Origin: Trichoplax sp. H2
Taxonomy: Eukaryota
Direction: 5' to 3'
NCBI GenBank assembly: GCA_003344405.1
Contig: NOWV01000014.1
Location: forward strand, 868,001 to 932,000
Length of the DNA stretch: 64,000 nt
Position 1 is the first letter of the stretch, and the number at the start of each line of letters is the position of its first letter. This document shows, piece after piece, positions 41,401 through 56,400 of this stretch. The position numbers and the translations under genes are program-made. The notes below the pieces were generated by a model that saw nothing but the letters and a program-made list of their open reading frames with translations, searched no databases and was not told the DNA's origin.

Positions 41401-44400
41401 AAAGTTAATATGGTGCCGCTCATTAATTATTAGTCATATCCAATTAATAATTTAAGTTTCAAGAAGCATTAAATGGCCGGAAAATTTTAATTTCAAGATT
41501 AAAATACAAGATAATTTAATTGGTTGAAAATTACAGTCTTCGCAATTCTGTCCAGTAAAACCAGCTACACAGTTGCAATGATAATTCCCCGGAGAGTCAT
41601 TAATACAGTCTCCTCCATATTTGCAAGGTGATGAATAACATGGATCATCTGGCATCAATACATCGTGAATGGTTAGTGCTAAAATATCACCAGTAAAAAT
41701 ATTACATAAGCAATTAAAATCTATGTAGTAGCCATCAAGTACCTGTACATTTAAGACCAATAAGCTCTGTATAATCACAAAATAATGAGACTTGCGTATT
41801 TAAATTGCAGTCTAAAATTGATGTTTCATTTCCAATGCATGTGATACCAGCTAATTTCGTTATAAAAATTAGTAGATAGACAAACAATTAATTCGTTATT
41901 CTCAACTTTGGTGTATTTAAGATATATAGCATATACGAAAATGCGGTATGCACTAGTTTGTCTCAATAGTTACTCGTTGTTCGTATAAAAGGCAATTCTA
42001 ATTATGTACGCAGCAATTCTAATAATTAAATTTTATGGTTGCGATAAACCGCTACTTTACAGAAGCATTAGCAACACGCTATATAATTTATAAAAATTAC
42101 ATCATTCATATTAACTGTCGTTGTTTACAGGTGATTTCCTAATGAGTCAATAGCAATTAACAACCGTAGAACTTGTTGTCGAAGATAAAACCAACTTACA
42201 ATATAATATCCTTCCTGATGCAGGACCATAAAAGCTATTTTGATATACAGATTGCAATACTGGATGGTTCAGCTTTCTACAAACAATTTTGGCCGCTGCA
42301 TCGTTAAATGTATACCTATCACATACTGTGCCCCATGTACCATTTTGATATATTTGCAGGGTTCCAAAACTGATATCGTTGTTTCCCTGCGACGATGTTA
42401 GCCTAACATCTCCATTTGTAGCTCCTATAATTTATTATAATTATAATTTATTTTAAGGTGCATACTGGCAGAACTTATTACTATACAAGATGCTACTAAT
42501 TAATTCGAATTATTAGGATTAAATTACAGACTTTCAGAACAATTTCTTCCGTGAAAGCCTGGTGGGCAATAACAACTGTAGCCATAGTTATGGTCAAAGC
42601 AAGTTGCGCCGATACCACATGGATTGGTGCTGCATTTCAGCTCTGTTAATGCGTTTAGATAATACGTTAGATAATACTTTAGACTATAATTTCATTAAAA
42701 TATTAATTATTATAACAATGGAAGAGCCAATAAATAACTTAAAGCTTAAATGCTGCTTCATGAAAGCTTATTGATTGCTGAGGTTACTTAATTACCACAA
42801 GGAGTTAATTATAATTTTTTATACCGTAATTTGTGGGATATACTCATGTTAGCAGTCATGTATATGAACGTGACCGTATAAAAATGATAATAATTCTCTA
42901 TATTAAAAAACTATTACGTTATCAGGAAAACCACCATTACGCATTATGTTAGCCAATGAAATCTTATTTATCAAACTGTTACTTATTCTTTTCATTTTAC
43001 TTGCTAATGTACAACTAGCATAATGCCGGATAATAGCAAGCACATTGCTAAATATCGTGGCTCCAAGTACGATGCAAAATATATCAAAATAAGCTTTTCC
43101 AATCTTTTATACCACAACAATAGAATAAGTAAGTTATTATCAGAACTAATCTAAATTTACATAAGAAATAATACAATACTAGTACGTATGTCTTACTTGT
43201 TGAACAATCAGGGCCAGTGTAGCCAAAGTCACAAACGCAAATATAATTATTGATATTACCATTAACTAGCGTGCAGGTTCCTCTAAAACTGCACGGATAA
43301 CTATGACAGGCATCATCTAGATTAGTTTAACCCAGTCAAAAAGCATTAGTTAGCAGAAGTAGCCCTTAACGTGGCACATTTGTGAACAAGAATAAAGAGA
43401 ATTATAATAGTTATATAAAATGTTTTACTTGCGCAGGAAATTCTTACAGCATCATTTCGATTACACTGTGCTTGATTGTATGGCTTTAAGCTACAACTTG
43501 TTAACTTAGTTTCATTACCAACACAATCAACATCAATTGGCCAGTAGTCTCCTGAGTAAGTTCCGCAACAATAGTAATTTTTTACATCGTAAAATCCTAA
43601 TTGTTTACAAGCTACCGTTGCTTCTACTTTAGAAAATCCGTCATCACACAGCGCTTTCCATTCATTATTATTAAAAATCTGCAGTACTTTAGTAAAAAAT
43701 CCAATTTCTTGTAATCGAAGTGATCCTTCAAGAACTAAAATTTTTGAATTTAAAGAGCTATTTTTAATTACCTTATTTTATAGTTATCATTATAGGCACG
43801 TGATAAAAACTAAATTAAATTAAAATAAAAATTAATTATCGGTCGCTCCTATGTCACCTACCGATTTCACAGTCTTTGCCTGTATACTGGGACGTACATT
43901 GGCAAAAATAATGTGATCCATCAGCAATACAAGTTCCTCCGTTTTGGCAAGTAGGCCGCTGACAATTGCTGGCTATAATTTCATTATTTACAAATACTAA
44001 TTAAACTACCGAATACAGCTCAGTATAATTTAGTAAGTAGATCGCTAACAATCATCGGTTATAATGAAGGACAATCACAGAATAACTAAAACTATAATGA
44101 ATCAGTTCCATAATTGCCGGATAGTAATTAATAACGCCAGTTAATTAATACATTTAGGAAGATTATACCAATACATACAGAATTTATAACAATTAGATTC
44201 TTAGTAATAATGGAAGAAGCTAACAATTTAAATCGTACAAAATCTATTTAGAGCAATACCGAAGAAGAATTACTATAACGGGTTACTTACTGCTACACAA
44301 TATGCTGACATCATTAGCATGGGTACAACCGGTAGCCACTGTATCAACAGGTTGCACATTGCAGGTTCTAACATTAAATTCATCGCCTTTGCAATTGGTA

Positions 44401-47400
44401 GACAATATCTGGGTAGAACTACTACCTCTACCGAAATAAGCACTTGGTAAAAACCTTGAAAAGGTAAGTTTTAGCTGGCGACAAATGGCTATCCCGTCAT
44501 TAATTGTAGCCAGTTTCGCACATAATGTTCCCCACTGATTGTTGTTATAAATCTCGACTCGACCTTCTGTTGCATTGGCACCATTGACTAGGCGAACATC
44601 GCCCTGTAAAGTGGGCCCTATTGATTAAATTACAAATAAATTGTATCGGTAAAAACGGTATATAATCATTGCTTTAATTCGCATCTGGATATTTTGTTCA
44701 TTTTTACCAATATAATTTTCACACAAGGCTCCCGAATAAAATGCTGAACAAGAGCATTTATAACCATAAAATTTTCTAACGCAAGTTCCTCCATTGTAAC
44801 ACGTTATACCATTGCATGGATTGAACGCTAGATAAGAGAGAGAGCATCATTATTTCATTCTACTTTCCGTAACTGACATTATTTCATTCTGCTTTCCGTA
44901 ACTGACATTATTTTAAATGCTAGCCATATCTTCATTGTTGATAACATAAAGAAAGTAGAAATTTTGATATACTTTGTAGTATTACTTTTATTCACTTATT
45001 TACTAACATGTACTGCAGTAAACTCCAACATCATCTTTGTGAGTACATATAGATGATACGTTTGTTGATTCATAAGAGCAAGCAATCAAGGATTGTTCAT
45101 AGCCTGTGCATTTGACATTAACCAAGCCAATCATGCCGGTTCCTGAATCGTAAAATGTGCCGTAGGAAAAAGCTTTGCCCCAACCTCGCTGCTGACAGAC
45201 GACATTAGCAGCTTCAATAGAGAAATTTTTACTACAAACTGTCTGCCAACTGCCTTGAAGGTAGACTTCGATACGACCTCGCTCGGCATCACCAACAGAT
45301 TGAGGAATGATATTTACATCACCGTCTTTAGCTGGACCTGTAAAAATTTTTAGATATAAATTTACAAGAAACATTCATTACTAAAAGTTTTTTCCGGTAA
45401 GTGTGCAAGTTCAATAACACTCGTACACTCTACAAGTATCTAAATGACAATTTATTAATGTAAGCTCTTATTACATTTCTATAATTTCATTATCTATAGC
45501 TGGTCATGTACTATAGTTTTATCATGGCTTTTTCCCATAGATAAGTACTACTAACCATATACACATTTTCTAAACATCAAGACGTAATTTCCGTCATGCA
45601 GACAAGTATTATTATGCATTTATTTTAACCGTGGTGAAACTAAATCTAAACTAGTCCTAATAACTTCTGCAAACTGTATTACGTAGAGAATTAAGATCTA
45701 CGCATAGTACTATTAATCGAGTAATTGTAATTACCGTTTTCACAATTGATTCCAAAATAATCCTGTGGACATCGGCAGGTATAGTAATTTTTAGGAAATG
45801 AGCTATGGAAATTAGTGCATTTACCACCGTTCATGCATGGATTACTATCGCAAACGGATATGTATTGGCAATAAAGACCATAAAACCCTGATTGACACTG
45901 ACAATATTGAAAATGATAGGTTCTATCATTCACGACAGTCGTATTGAATTTACAGTCTCCATTAACACAATTATTAGGGCTACAAGTAGTATCTAGAGTT
46001 GAAAAAACAAAAGAGAATTAATTAAAAAGAATAATCAAAATTAGCTAACATGAATTCATAAACTCACAGTAACATATTTTCAAAGGCTACAATGCAATTG
46101 AGTACGAAAATAAATGACTAACTTGAACAAGTGATCCTTGCACGACTGCTGCATTTGTTCGTATTTAAACCATAAGTGAAATTACACTGAGAAATACTGG
46201 TTTCCATGCCAGTACATTTTATGTCGTATACCCAAATTTTTTGATGGTGGTTAATATCAGAATAGCAGCATTGGTAATCTGTCGAAGTAGCATAGCCTAG
46301 TTGCCGGCACATGACTTCAGCTTCATTTGCAGAAAGTTTACTATAGCAGAATCCTCCCCAAATACCATCATGATAGATCAACGCGCCTCCTTTCGTAGTG
46401 TTACCACTGATTTCCATATTTCCCAATTTTAGTGTCGCATCAGGCGGTGTAACTTTTAATGGGTGAAATTACAGACGAAAAATTATTACGTTAGCATATT
46501 AGCATTAGCAGTCTATAGATAGATTGGGAGTTGAATATGTGCATCATTAAGCTAGTAGCCGATTCATTAATTAGTCTAGACATTGCAATTTGATTATATT
46601 ACGAAGGCACGCAGCTAAAGTTGAATAAAAACATGTACAAACTAGCTTTAATTAATAATGAACTTGATACACTTTTTCAATTTACAGTAAGTCATTGGCT
46701 GTACTGGTCTGTAAGTGTAAGATTTTTAGAGAGCCGAAAATATAGCCAATGTATATGTATATGAGAACTACAGCAGTTATCCTTAAACTGGAGGGGATCT
46801 CTGCTATTACGAATATCGACCTTAACGATTAAAAACGGTTACCGATAGGAGATTCGCACTTGCTACCAGTGTAGCCATCCTTGCAGTAGCAAAATCCGTT
46901 AAAACCTTCACTCTTGCAATATTTATTGTTAAAGGCGCATGAATTCACGTCTGTATTTCCACAATAACTGCCATCTTCATGTGGATCATTGAAATTTGGG
47001 ATATGTAAAACATGCAAATTCATTTAATTATTAATCATTATCTATTTAGTAATTAGTAAATAAATGTTGTTACTTACCATAACAATCAACATACAAATCT
47101 TGAGAATGATCATTACAATTTGAAGGAACGTTATACCAGCCAGGGGTATTGCAATGAGCTATACTTAAATCGTTGGTTCGACAGTCGACATCAGTTAATA
47201 AAACTGGACCGTAGCCTGTAAAATACGTTGCTTTAGCTTGGTTAGATGCAGCCGAATTATACCCCAATTGTTGACATATATGTCTGCCAAATGATGATGA
47301 ATAACTCGGACGACAAATCGTTCCCCAAGTACCATTATAAAACACTTGAACGATTCCCTTGTATACACTTGTGCTAGCTAGCCGGAGATCTCCATCTTTT

Positions 47401-50400
47401 GCAGTAGTTCCTATATGCCAAACAAACTAAACTTATCTTGTGTACTGCTAAAGCGAATACGTATTCATAAAGGACGTGCGTATTCTTTATTAAATGAAGT
47501 AGCCTTTAAGTAACTTCCGATGAACTAATTACGATTATTAATTCTAGAATTTCCAATCTGTACCTGAACAAGCTAAACTTAGATCTCGTTCATGAGTGCA
47601 TCCACCCTGATTAGTTGTAGTTTTGTATGTACAATCCTTGATTGAATTTTCATTGCCAACACAATTCAGTTGATATAAATCGGCACTACTATTGGACATA
47701 CCAAATACTGACGTCGGGAATGAATTTGCAAATAAGTAACCCATCTGTCTGCAAATAACTCGCATGTCGACTAATGAAGTGGTATTTATGCAAACTGTAG
47801 CCCAGCTATTATTAAGAAAAACTTCAACGCGTCCACTCATTGGTGATGTGCCATTGACTAATCGAACTGATCCCAGCGTTGGAACTACAAAATGAAAGCC
47901 GAAATAGATGCATAGAGGGATACCCATTAGATTGAGATAGCAAGTTATAATAATTCGATAAAGCTTAATAATTTAAACAACAGAAAAAACTTACAATTTG
48001 CCTTTTGACAGTTTTGTCCAGTAAATTGACCACTACAGGTGCAATAATATCCGTAAAATCTATTAAAGCATGTGCCACCGTTGAGGCATGGATTAGATGA
48101 ACATGGATTCTTGGCTGTAAATTTGATATGAGGGAAGTAATACATTATCTAACGCAGATTTAATTGATTTTGTTACAACTCAAAGATGGATTCGATATTA
48201 CTTACTTGAACAGTAAACACCAGCATAGCTTGAAAAACATAGGGTATTTTTGGAAGGATCACTACCTAGACAATCATAGATGGAGAACTCATGACCTGTA
48301 CATTTCATGTTTCTCATTCCATTCGATGTTGGCGGTAAGCCAAAAGCAGTATCTTTGGTGGTGCTTAGTGCTCCTGCAAAACCAAACTGTTGACACACTA
48401 CATGAGCGTCAAATATAGTAAAATCACTGGCGCAAATTGGTTTCCATACGCCATTATACAAAAATTGTGGTCGTCCAACATTAATTTCATTTGGTTTGCC
48501 ATCGATGATTACTAATGAGCCATTAGCAAATGGTCCTGAAACAATAAATGAACTATCGTGAACTAAAATATCATTGTATACCTATAATTATGCTTTAACA
48601 TTTTACGTATTTTATGACTGCTACTATAAAACGATTAATTGAATAAAGAAGTGTATTTCATACCAAGTTGACATCTTTTTCCTAAATATGAACTGTTGCA
48701 CTTGCATGAAAAGGAGGTTTGACCAACTAGAGAGCATTCTTCATTATTTTCGCAAGAGTTAGGGTTACAGAAGTTTCTGTACTGACAGAGGTCGCCGTAA
48801 AAACCCATCGGGCAGAAACATTGAGTAATCGTTATGCTAACTCCGGAAACCATGGTATGCTTAGGACCACAAGTTCCGTTGTTTAAACATGGATTTTGTT
48901 GACAGCTTACGTCTGCAAGATTTTATTATCTCCTTAGAACTCTCAAGAATTTTATTGAGGTATGACAATTTGCAAGCAGATAAAACATTATTAAGAACAC
49001 ATTGAAGGCAAAGAATCCTAGACCTTTACCGTAATAGCTCATTAAACATAATTCTAAAGAAACTTTTGCTGTACTTACTAACGCACTCCACCCTGTATCT
49101 ATTATAGCAGCTGTAAGTACCCGTTCCATAAACATAGGAGCAATCCGCAATTGAAGTTTCGTTACCATTGCAAGTCATAGTATTAATCCAAATTTTTCTA
49201 GATGCTGAAGAACTATCGCAGCAGTAGAATTTCATAGAACCCGTTGCATAGCCAAATTGCTTACATGCAATTACTGCTATAGCTTCGCTGTTACTAGTTG
49301 AACAAATTGATCCCCAAATACCATTATGAAATATTTCTATAGCACCTTTAGCGATATTAACTTGGGATGGATCAGATACTTTATAATAATCGTAAATTCG
49401 GACTGTGCCTTCTTTAGGTAGAGTAGCTATAGCTATTATTAGAATAAAGTGACCATAATTAGTAGAAATGCATCAAGCCAATCTTAAGAAATAAATTTTG
49501 TGTTACTGCATTTATCGAGGCAGAAATGAATAAGGAAGAATCGAATGGCAAGCACATAGATTCAAGTAAACAAGAAAGATTAAAGTATACGTATGATGTA
49601 AATCTTGATATTTCACCGAAACAAAATTTAATTTAAAGTAATTTCTACTGAATGCGTCTTAAAACTAAAAGTTGAAGGCGTTATGATTTATTTATAACTA
49701 GTCTTTTTCAGCAAACTTTATTTATCTTCTGTTAATTCTTATAGCCTTTCACAAACTTTGGAAATTACCATCGTTCGCCGTATATATCGCACTACAGACC
49801 ATATCAATGTACTATAAGACCTAACGTTTTCACTTTATGAGCTTTCGGTTGAGATACAGTATAGACTATTCCAGAAAGTCATCAGTTACGGTATGCAATA
49901 TAAAACTTAATTCTACGTCAACTGTAGATATTCAATGCAGATGTCAAGGTATTTGGGACATTCAAATACCTCACTATAATTTAATTATTCTCATTCGATG
50001 GTTTGATCCAAAATGGGATTGACAAGAAAGAACGGATACGAATTTAAATAATAAATATCGCTAGTTTGCAACTGGCAGAACAATTTTTACAAAAAAAACT
50101 GTAGGTCTGCAAGATATACTGAAACGTTATTATGAGATATAGAAGTAGAACAGAATAAGAAATACGAATCAGCCATGCTGCACAGTATGATTTCTTATGA
50201 CAATCTATAATACGAATAGTTACCGATAGGAGTTTCGCAATTTTCGCCAGTATAGCCAGTTTGGCAAACGCATACCGTTGAGAAGTATCCATTTGATCTA
50301 CAGATTTTATTTTGAGCTCTACAAGCTGCAACTTTGTCTGCATTGCAGTTATCTGAAACTAAGTTTGATTGGATGTCAAAAAAAATAAGTCAAGGAATTA

Positions 50401-53400
50401 GAATATTGACTACTAATTAAAAACGACCATTTCGTTTTGACTACATGTGAAAGCACTACAACTCTAATTCAAAAGACACGGATTAATAATCTAGTACGAT
50501 ACGCCAAAAGAGGTATTCTTTCGATTAACTAACTTTTTACTGACTTTCAATAAGTAAATTAAAACAAGTATCGGTATTTGTCATCATCGGTGCCTGATAA
50601 ATCGCTATGACAGGCTTTGATATGGAAAATTCGTTATTATTGCGTAGCTGAAGCCTAAATAGAATCTCTTACGGAAAGCTTACCTCTACACCTAACAGAA
50701 ACAGCATCTCTACTACCAGGAACACAGGAGGAAGAAACGACTCCAAAGCCTTCATTATTGCATAGTAGAATGGACAACTCATCACCAATGCATCGCATTT
50801 TACCTAAATTATAGTTTGTGCCTGTATTGAAGTTTCTGAAACTCGAAGCACCCGAAAATCCCAACTGGTTGCATACAACATCAGCTTCATTCGATCTGAA
50901 CGAGGAAAATGAGGAGCCACAGATTTCCCCCCAAGTACCATTAAAGTAAACTTGAACCAGACCTTCATTGTCCGATACTTTATTTGTTAAACGTAAGTCT
51001 CCATCCTGTTGAGGTCCTAAAAATTCATTGATAATGTCGGCTCAAATTAATTTGTAATACTTTGTACGTTTAGTACAGTAATGGGTAATCCTGCCATAAG
51101 GATAGCAGAAACATTTTCCATGTGGAGGGCATAAGCGTTATCAAAAACAGTTACAACACACTAAAATTGTGTTGATATCGATATTAAACCACTGCAAGCC
51201 AGAAATGTGAAATAATTCCAACTTACTTATTTGACAGCGATTGCCTTGATACGGATACGCACACTGACACGTAAAATTAATTCCATTAGGTTGGCATATC
51301 CCTCCATTCATACATGGACTGTTACCGCAAGGTAAATCTATTTAGTCATTTGAATGAAAATGCCATTAAGGTTAGTTTCAAGAACTTTTATAAGCATGCT
51401 TGAAATTCCACTTTTAGCAGTCATAGAAATGAATAATAACTGGATAAGAGAAGGCTATGGATACATTATGATAACATAAAAAGAGTGCAAGCCTATCTAA
51501 TAATATTGCATGGATGTTGCAAGTATTTCAGGTCATTGAAAAGCAGTACATATTTCGAGTAGTGCTTACATGTCGTGCAGTTTTGATCAGTGTAGTTATT
51601 ATCGCAGGTGCAAGAATAGCTTAAACCATCAGGGCTACTGTTACAGGTACCATTATTCATGCAAGGATTGTCCGAGCAGGTAACCTCTAAAGTGAAACAT
51701 GTTTACACGTTAGTAAAACAAATTTTACAGTACCATCAATGGATCATTATCGAAGGGCTACAAAGTGCCACTAAACAAGTTTCATTTGCAATGACTTTAA
51801 AATATCTCGATTACCTGATTGACAAATACTGCCAGTATAAGGATACATGCAATTACAAGAATAAGATGTTCCTGCATATTTGTTGATACATACGCCGCCA
51901 TTTGTGCAAGGATTGGAAGAACATGCAATGACTAATTATAATTACGCAATAATACGCAAGTTAGGAGATGCATGTAAATTTCGTTAAAGATATTAACTAA
52001 GTGGCTAAAAACTATTCTTTATTTTTATAAAATAATACGGTAATTAATTGTCTATCATTAGAACCTACAACGGTATAAACTGCTGAAAGAGTTAACGCTG
52101 CTCAATGCCCAGTAATAGGGAACACACAACAACATTGAAACTTACCGACTTCACATCTTGCACCAATGTAAGGATATGGACAGGTGCAATTGTAAGAATT
52201 ACCATTGTATAAACTTGAGCATGTTCCACCATTTAGACAGGGATTGGGGTTTGAACATGGATCACTCTCTATAGAACAGAAAAGATGATAATTTAGATAA
52301 TATAACCTTCAAAAAATTCAAAAGTTGAAATCCTTTCCGAGCACCTAGCGATATGTACTAAATCGCTCCGTATAGCTATTAAAGCTACCAGAAGCAGCGA
52401 AGGTACTACAGTGCCAACTACGCTTACTAGATAAAACGCTACTTGAGAACAGAAATTGTATTCAAAAATCAAAGGTAAACGGTAGAGTTGTTCTACCGCA
52501 ACCAAAAATGGACTAAATGCTGTCGATCCAGTCAAATTCGTTAATACGACTGCTAGAATACAGCCCAAATCACAGTTGATAATTAAAATGAAGTCTTTAT
52601 ACATCTTTGAGTTATTTTACAGTGTTTACGAGTTAAAAGATGGTCAATTTCTCAGGACTTTAGTGATTATAATATACAGCTAACGACGATGATAATAAAT
52701 AAAATGGCATACTTGTTTGATTGCAGGTTCTACCAGACATTCCTGACGGACAGGAACAAGTATAGGTGGAATAGGAGTAGTAGTTAAAGCAGGTACCGCT
52801 TGCACATACGTTGCTACTACATGTTCCTTGACACGTTTGGCCTATTAAAGGAATTTAGTTATTATAACGTTCGAAACATCTTTTACAGTAGCGATCAATT
52901 TTGATTGGAGAATAAATAGCATCTTTGCTTACTTGGTATATTGGCAGTAGCATTATAACATTCTTGATTGACAACACCAATGGGGCAGTAGCACAAATAG
53001 CTTGCCACTCCGGATACTGTAATAGGAACACAGTTACCAACTTGGCAAGGATTACTGCTACAAGGGCTGGTTGTACCGTTGTTGTCTAAATAGAGAAGTT
53101 GATGTTATATGTTTTCGAAAATGGTTTGCAAACTTTAAAACAATAAGTTCAGCACTGTTTACTTGTTCATACTTTCGTGTGGTGCACAGAAACGCATGCA
53201 GTGATATATAACTCGAAGCAAGACTCAGTCATCTGATAAACTTTTATCTACATGTAGAATCTTTCATGATGTTAGACTGCTGTGAAAAAGAGAAATTGGC
53301 AGCATGTCTAGGTTAATGATGTTTAGTAAAGTATACCCTGCATTCTATTGGAACAGCTCAGCGAATAGTATCTCTGTGCAAGTGAATTACAAATTACTTA

Positions 53401-56400
53401 AAAATCTAAACTATTGGGAGGAAATTATCATGGTATATAAGATTTTAACTGGGTAAGCCAGAAGCAAATATAAGCCTCCTCATACTATAGAATATCTCTA
53501 AGATCTTAAGATGAATAACTAATCTGCATAGAAAAAATGAACTAAATTCTAGCTGTCACGTATTATAATGAATATTAAGATATACTTGATAATCATTGCG
53601 GTGAATTGCGTGATTCCTTAGTAACATCGAGTACACTAAACTAGCCAGATTTTCAGCTCGTTTTAAATTGTCCAGTAAGCTTACAAATCTTTATTGTACT
53701 TAACGCAATTATGCTCGCAATGCTAAGGAAAGAACTACCAGAGCAAATAGTGTAAGCTATCGAAGGGCAAATACTCGTTGAGGTTTGATTTCTTTAATGA
53801 ATGAATAAATTAAATTTAAACGACCATATTGATTGAAATAATTCAAGTAACTGCATCAACTTTAGTATTCAATTTAAGGAAGTAAAGTTACCTATTTGAC
53901 AGTTATCGCCGGAAAAGCCTTGATAGCAGATACATACAGATTCTCCTCGTACTAGGGTACATCTTCCTTGATAGCAGGCGATACCGCTACAATTTTGCAT
54001 AGGACTTACTATAGTAACAAAATATGAATAGATAATGTTATACATAAATTTAGATGAGTCTACGGTAGAATATGTGGTACAGTACCATTAATCCATTTTT
54101 AAATAAATCAATAGATCTATCATTGATAATAATTTCTTTATTCGCATGCGATTAAAAATGATACCAACTTTGTTACTACACTAGGCATGCAGACTATCAA
54201 CAATAAAATGTTGATATCATTACGTCTTCATTACATAACACTTTAGCTCCCCGTCTGTTCGTTATGATTTTAAATGTTGTCATTGGTAAAACATAATTGC
54301 TAAGTCTTGATTAACATGCTTATTCTAACCATTCACTAGACAAATATGTTATCATGCCAATTATATGTCTCTAATATTCAAAGTACGCTACTGATATCGT
54401 TACTTATTGATTCATGATTACTTTTTAATATCTACATCCACAGATGTATATCTAAATTAGATTTAGTATTATAGACTCTAATGGTTTATGATAAGATATC
54501 ACATTGGGTACGTTATGGCTTTCGATTTAAAGGAGTCAAATGTGCATCGTTTTTACAATAATAAACACTTATATGCATATATCTTATACTATATTTTGCA
54601 ATTACGCTTGCGATAAAGTGTCATCAAAATAAAAAAATACGTACTACAGTTTCTTGTTAACTTTTACTTTAATACATAATTTAGGTTCGTCTTGCAACTA
54701 TCAATATCTAAGAGCTGGTATGTTCAGTGTGATCTCACAGTTTGCTCTAATTCATTCTTATTAAGCGTTTTGCTATAAGGTCTTTCTCGAATCCGTATAG
54801 GATAGAACTCTCCTAAAGCTGTTGCCTATATAAGAACGCTTATGTCCACATCAACTATTAACGGTAGTGTATGCATCTAAATACGGCATATCTACTCTTA
54901 GTAAAAGTTAATTTCAACTAGACTGTAGCATAACTCTTTATTAATGTAATCTATATTTAACAAATTGACACTATGGAAGTTTAATTATACTTTAGTTTAA
55001 CTGTATCATAGAACTGCCCAATCTTCTTGCATCTATCTCGTTAGTCAATTCTGTTAGTACAAGACAAGCTTACACGCTTTACCTATTGTACTTTACTATA
55101 GCCATTCGACTAGTCATGTCGTATTCATGCTATAACCTCACGCGGTTATCCTTTTCACACCAGCCCAATAAAGACTATTATTTCGCCAGTCATTCTGTTG
55201 TAATTTATTGCAAATATAACAGACCTATTTTCAAAACATCACACCGCCTTATAGTAATCATTCTCTAACCCTTTCATCGGATGCTTAAGTAATAAAATAT
55301 TTCCTTCCCTAATCACAGACTGCCGTTACGTTAGGATTTACTACTAGAATTATACCGCCTTCTAACTGATTAGCCGTGATCAATTATTTCCATTTTGATA
55401 ATTTAGAACAGTGACTCCTATAGAATTACTAAAGACTATCCCTGAATATCCATTATGCAATAGTGACCCATGGTAACAATGTAGTTAATGTAGTACCTAG
55501 CTTTCTTTTGCAAGATCTAAAATATGCGGTATAATTTTCTAGATTACTTGCGTAAAAATCTTGATTTAAGATGCAGAAAGGAGTGCATGACACTACACCA
55601 TAATTAAACGATTAAACTTAGAATACAAGTATGTTGCTGTTTTATATAGGCTAGATAAAATTTGGGCATCAAATTTCCTGATTTGACAGCTTGTGATAGA
55701 ATGATCAAGATTATCGACTTGCAATTTGTTACTGCAACGATAGAATCACGTGATAGAGCAGAAAGATTACTGTGTGACCTTAGTTCATATTGATAACAAT
55801 TGGAGACTGTTACGAAGAGTTAAAGGGGTGCGAAGCATTTTAATGACTTATGAGTATGAAATATATTGATAACGAAGCTATCCCATCTAATATTAAATCA
55901 TTATATAAGAGGCTACAGAGTTAGATGATCCTGTGTTGAAATGTAGATGGTTGAAATCGTGAAAATACAAAATATTATCGTTATATGGTCGATATTGATA
56001 TTCAAGGTCGTCATGAACGAAATCTATAATCGATATGAAGTTAAAATTGACCTCCAAATATTTTTGCTGGCGGTCAATTGAGTCAGCATAAATAAATTTA
56101 CGTAAATATATGTGACAATATGCACACAACAAATAATACTTTGCTTTTGGAAGTAGAGAAAGCTGTATGATATCACCTCTATCGCTACGAAACTTACTTT
56201 TGGATATGGCGCCATCCGTTTTATTTGCTGCACAGCTGATAGCAAACGATAGCAACTGTTGAATAAACAGGTAATATAATTACTATGAGCAAAGAGTATG
56301 TTTTTCTATGAATCTTTGAAAACTACAAGAAAATAGTTTCCGGCCATCAATAGTAAATTTTATGCAACTACAATAAATTTAGGCCACCTACTTTTCTAGA

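Noticed and set aside
108-51886. Short plus-strand ORFs (e.g. 108-374, 8719-9033, 13523-13759, 31212-31505, 48164-48418)
   Set aside because: Antisense shadows of the minus-strand exons with no recognisable domains
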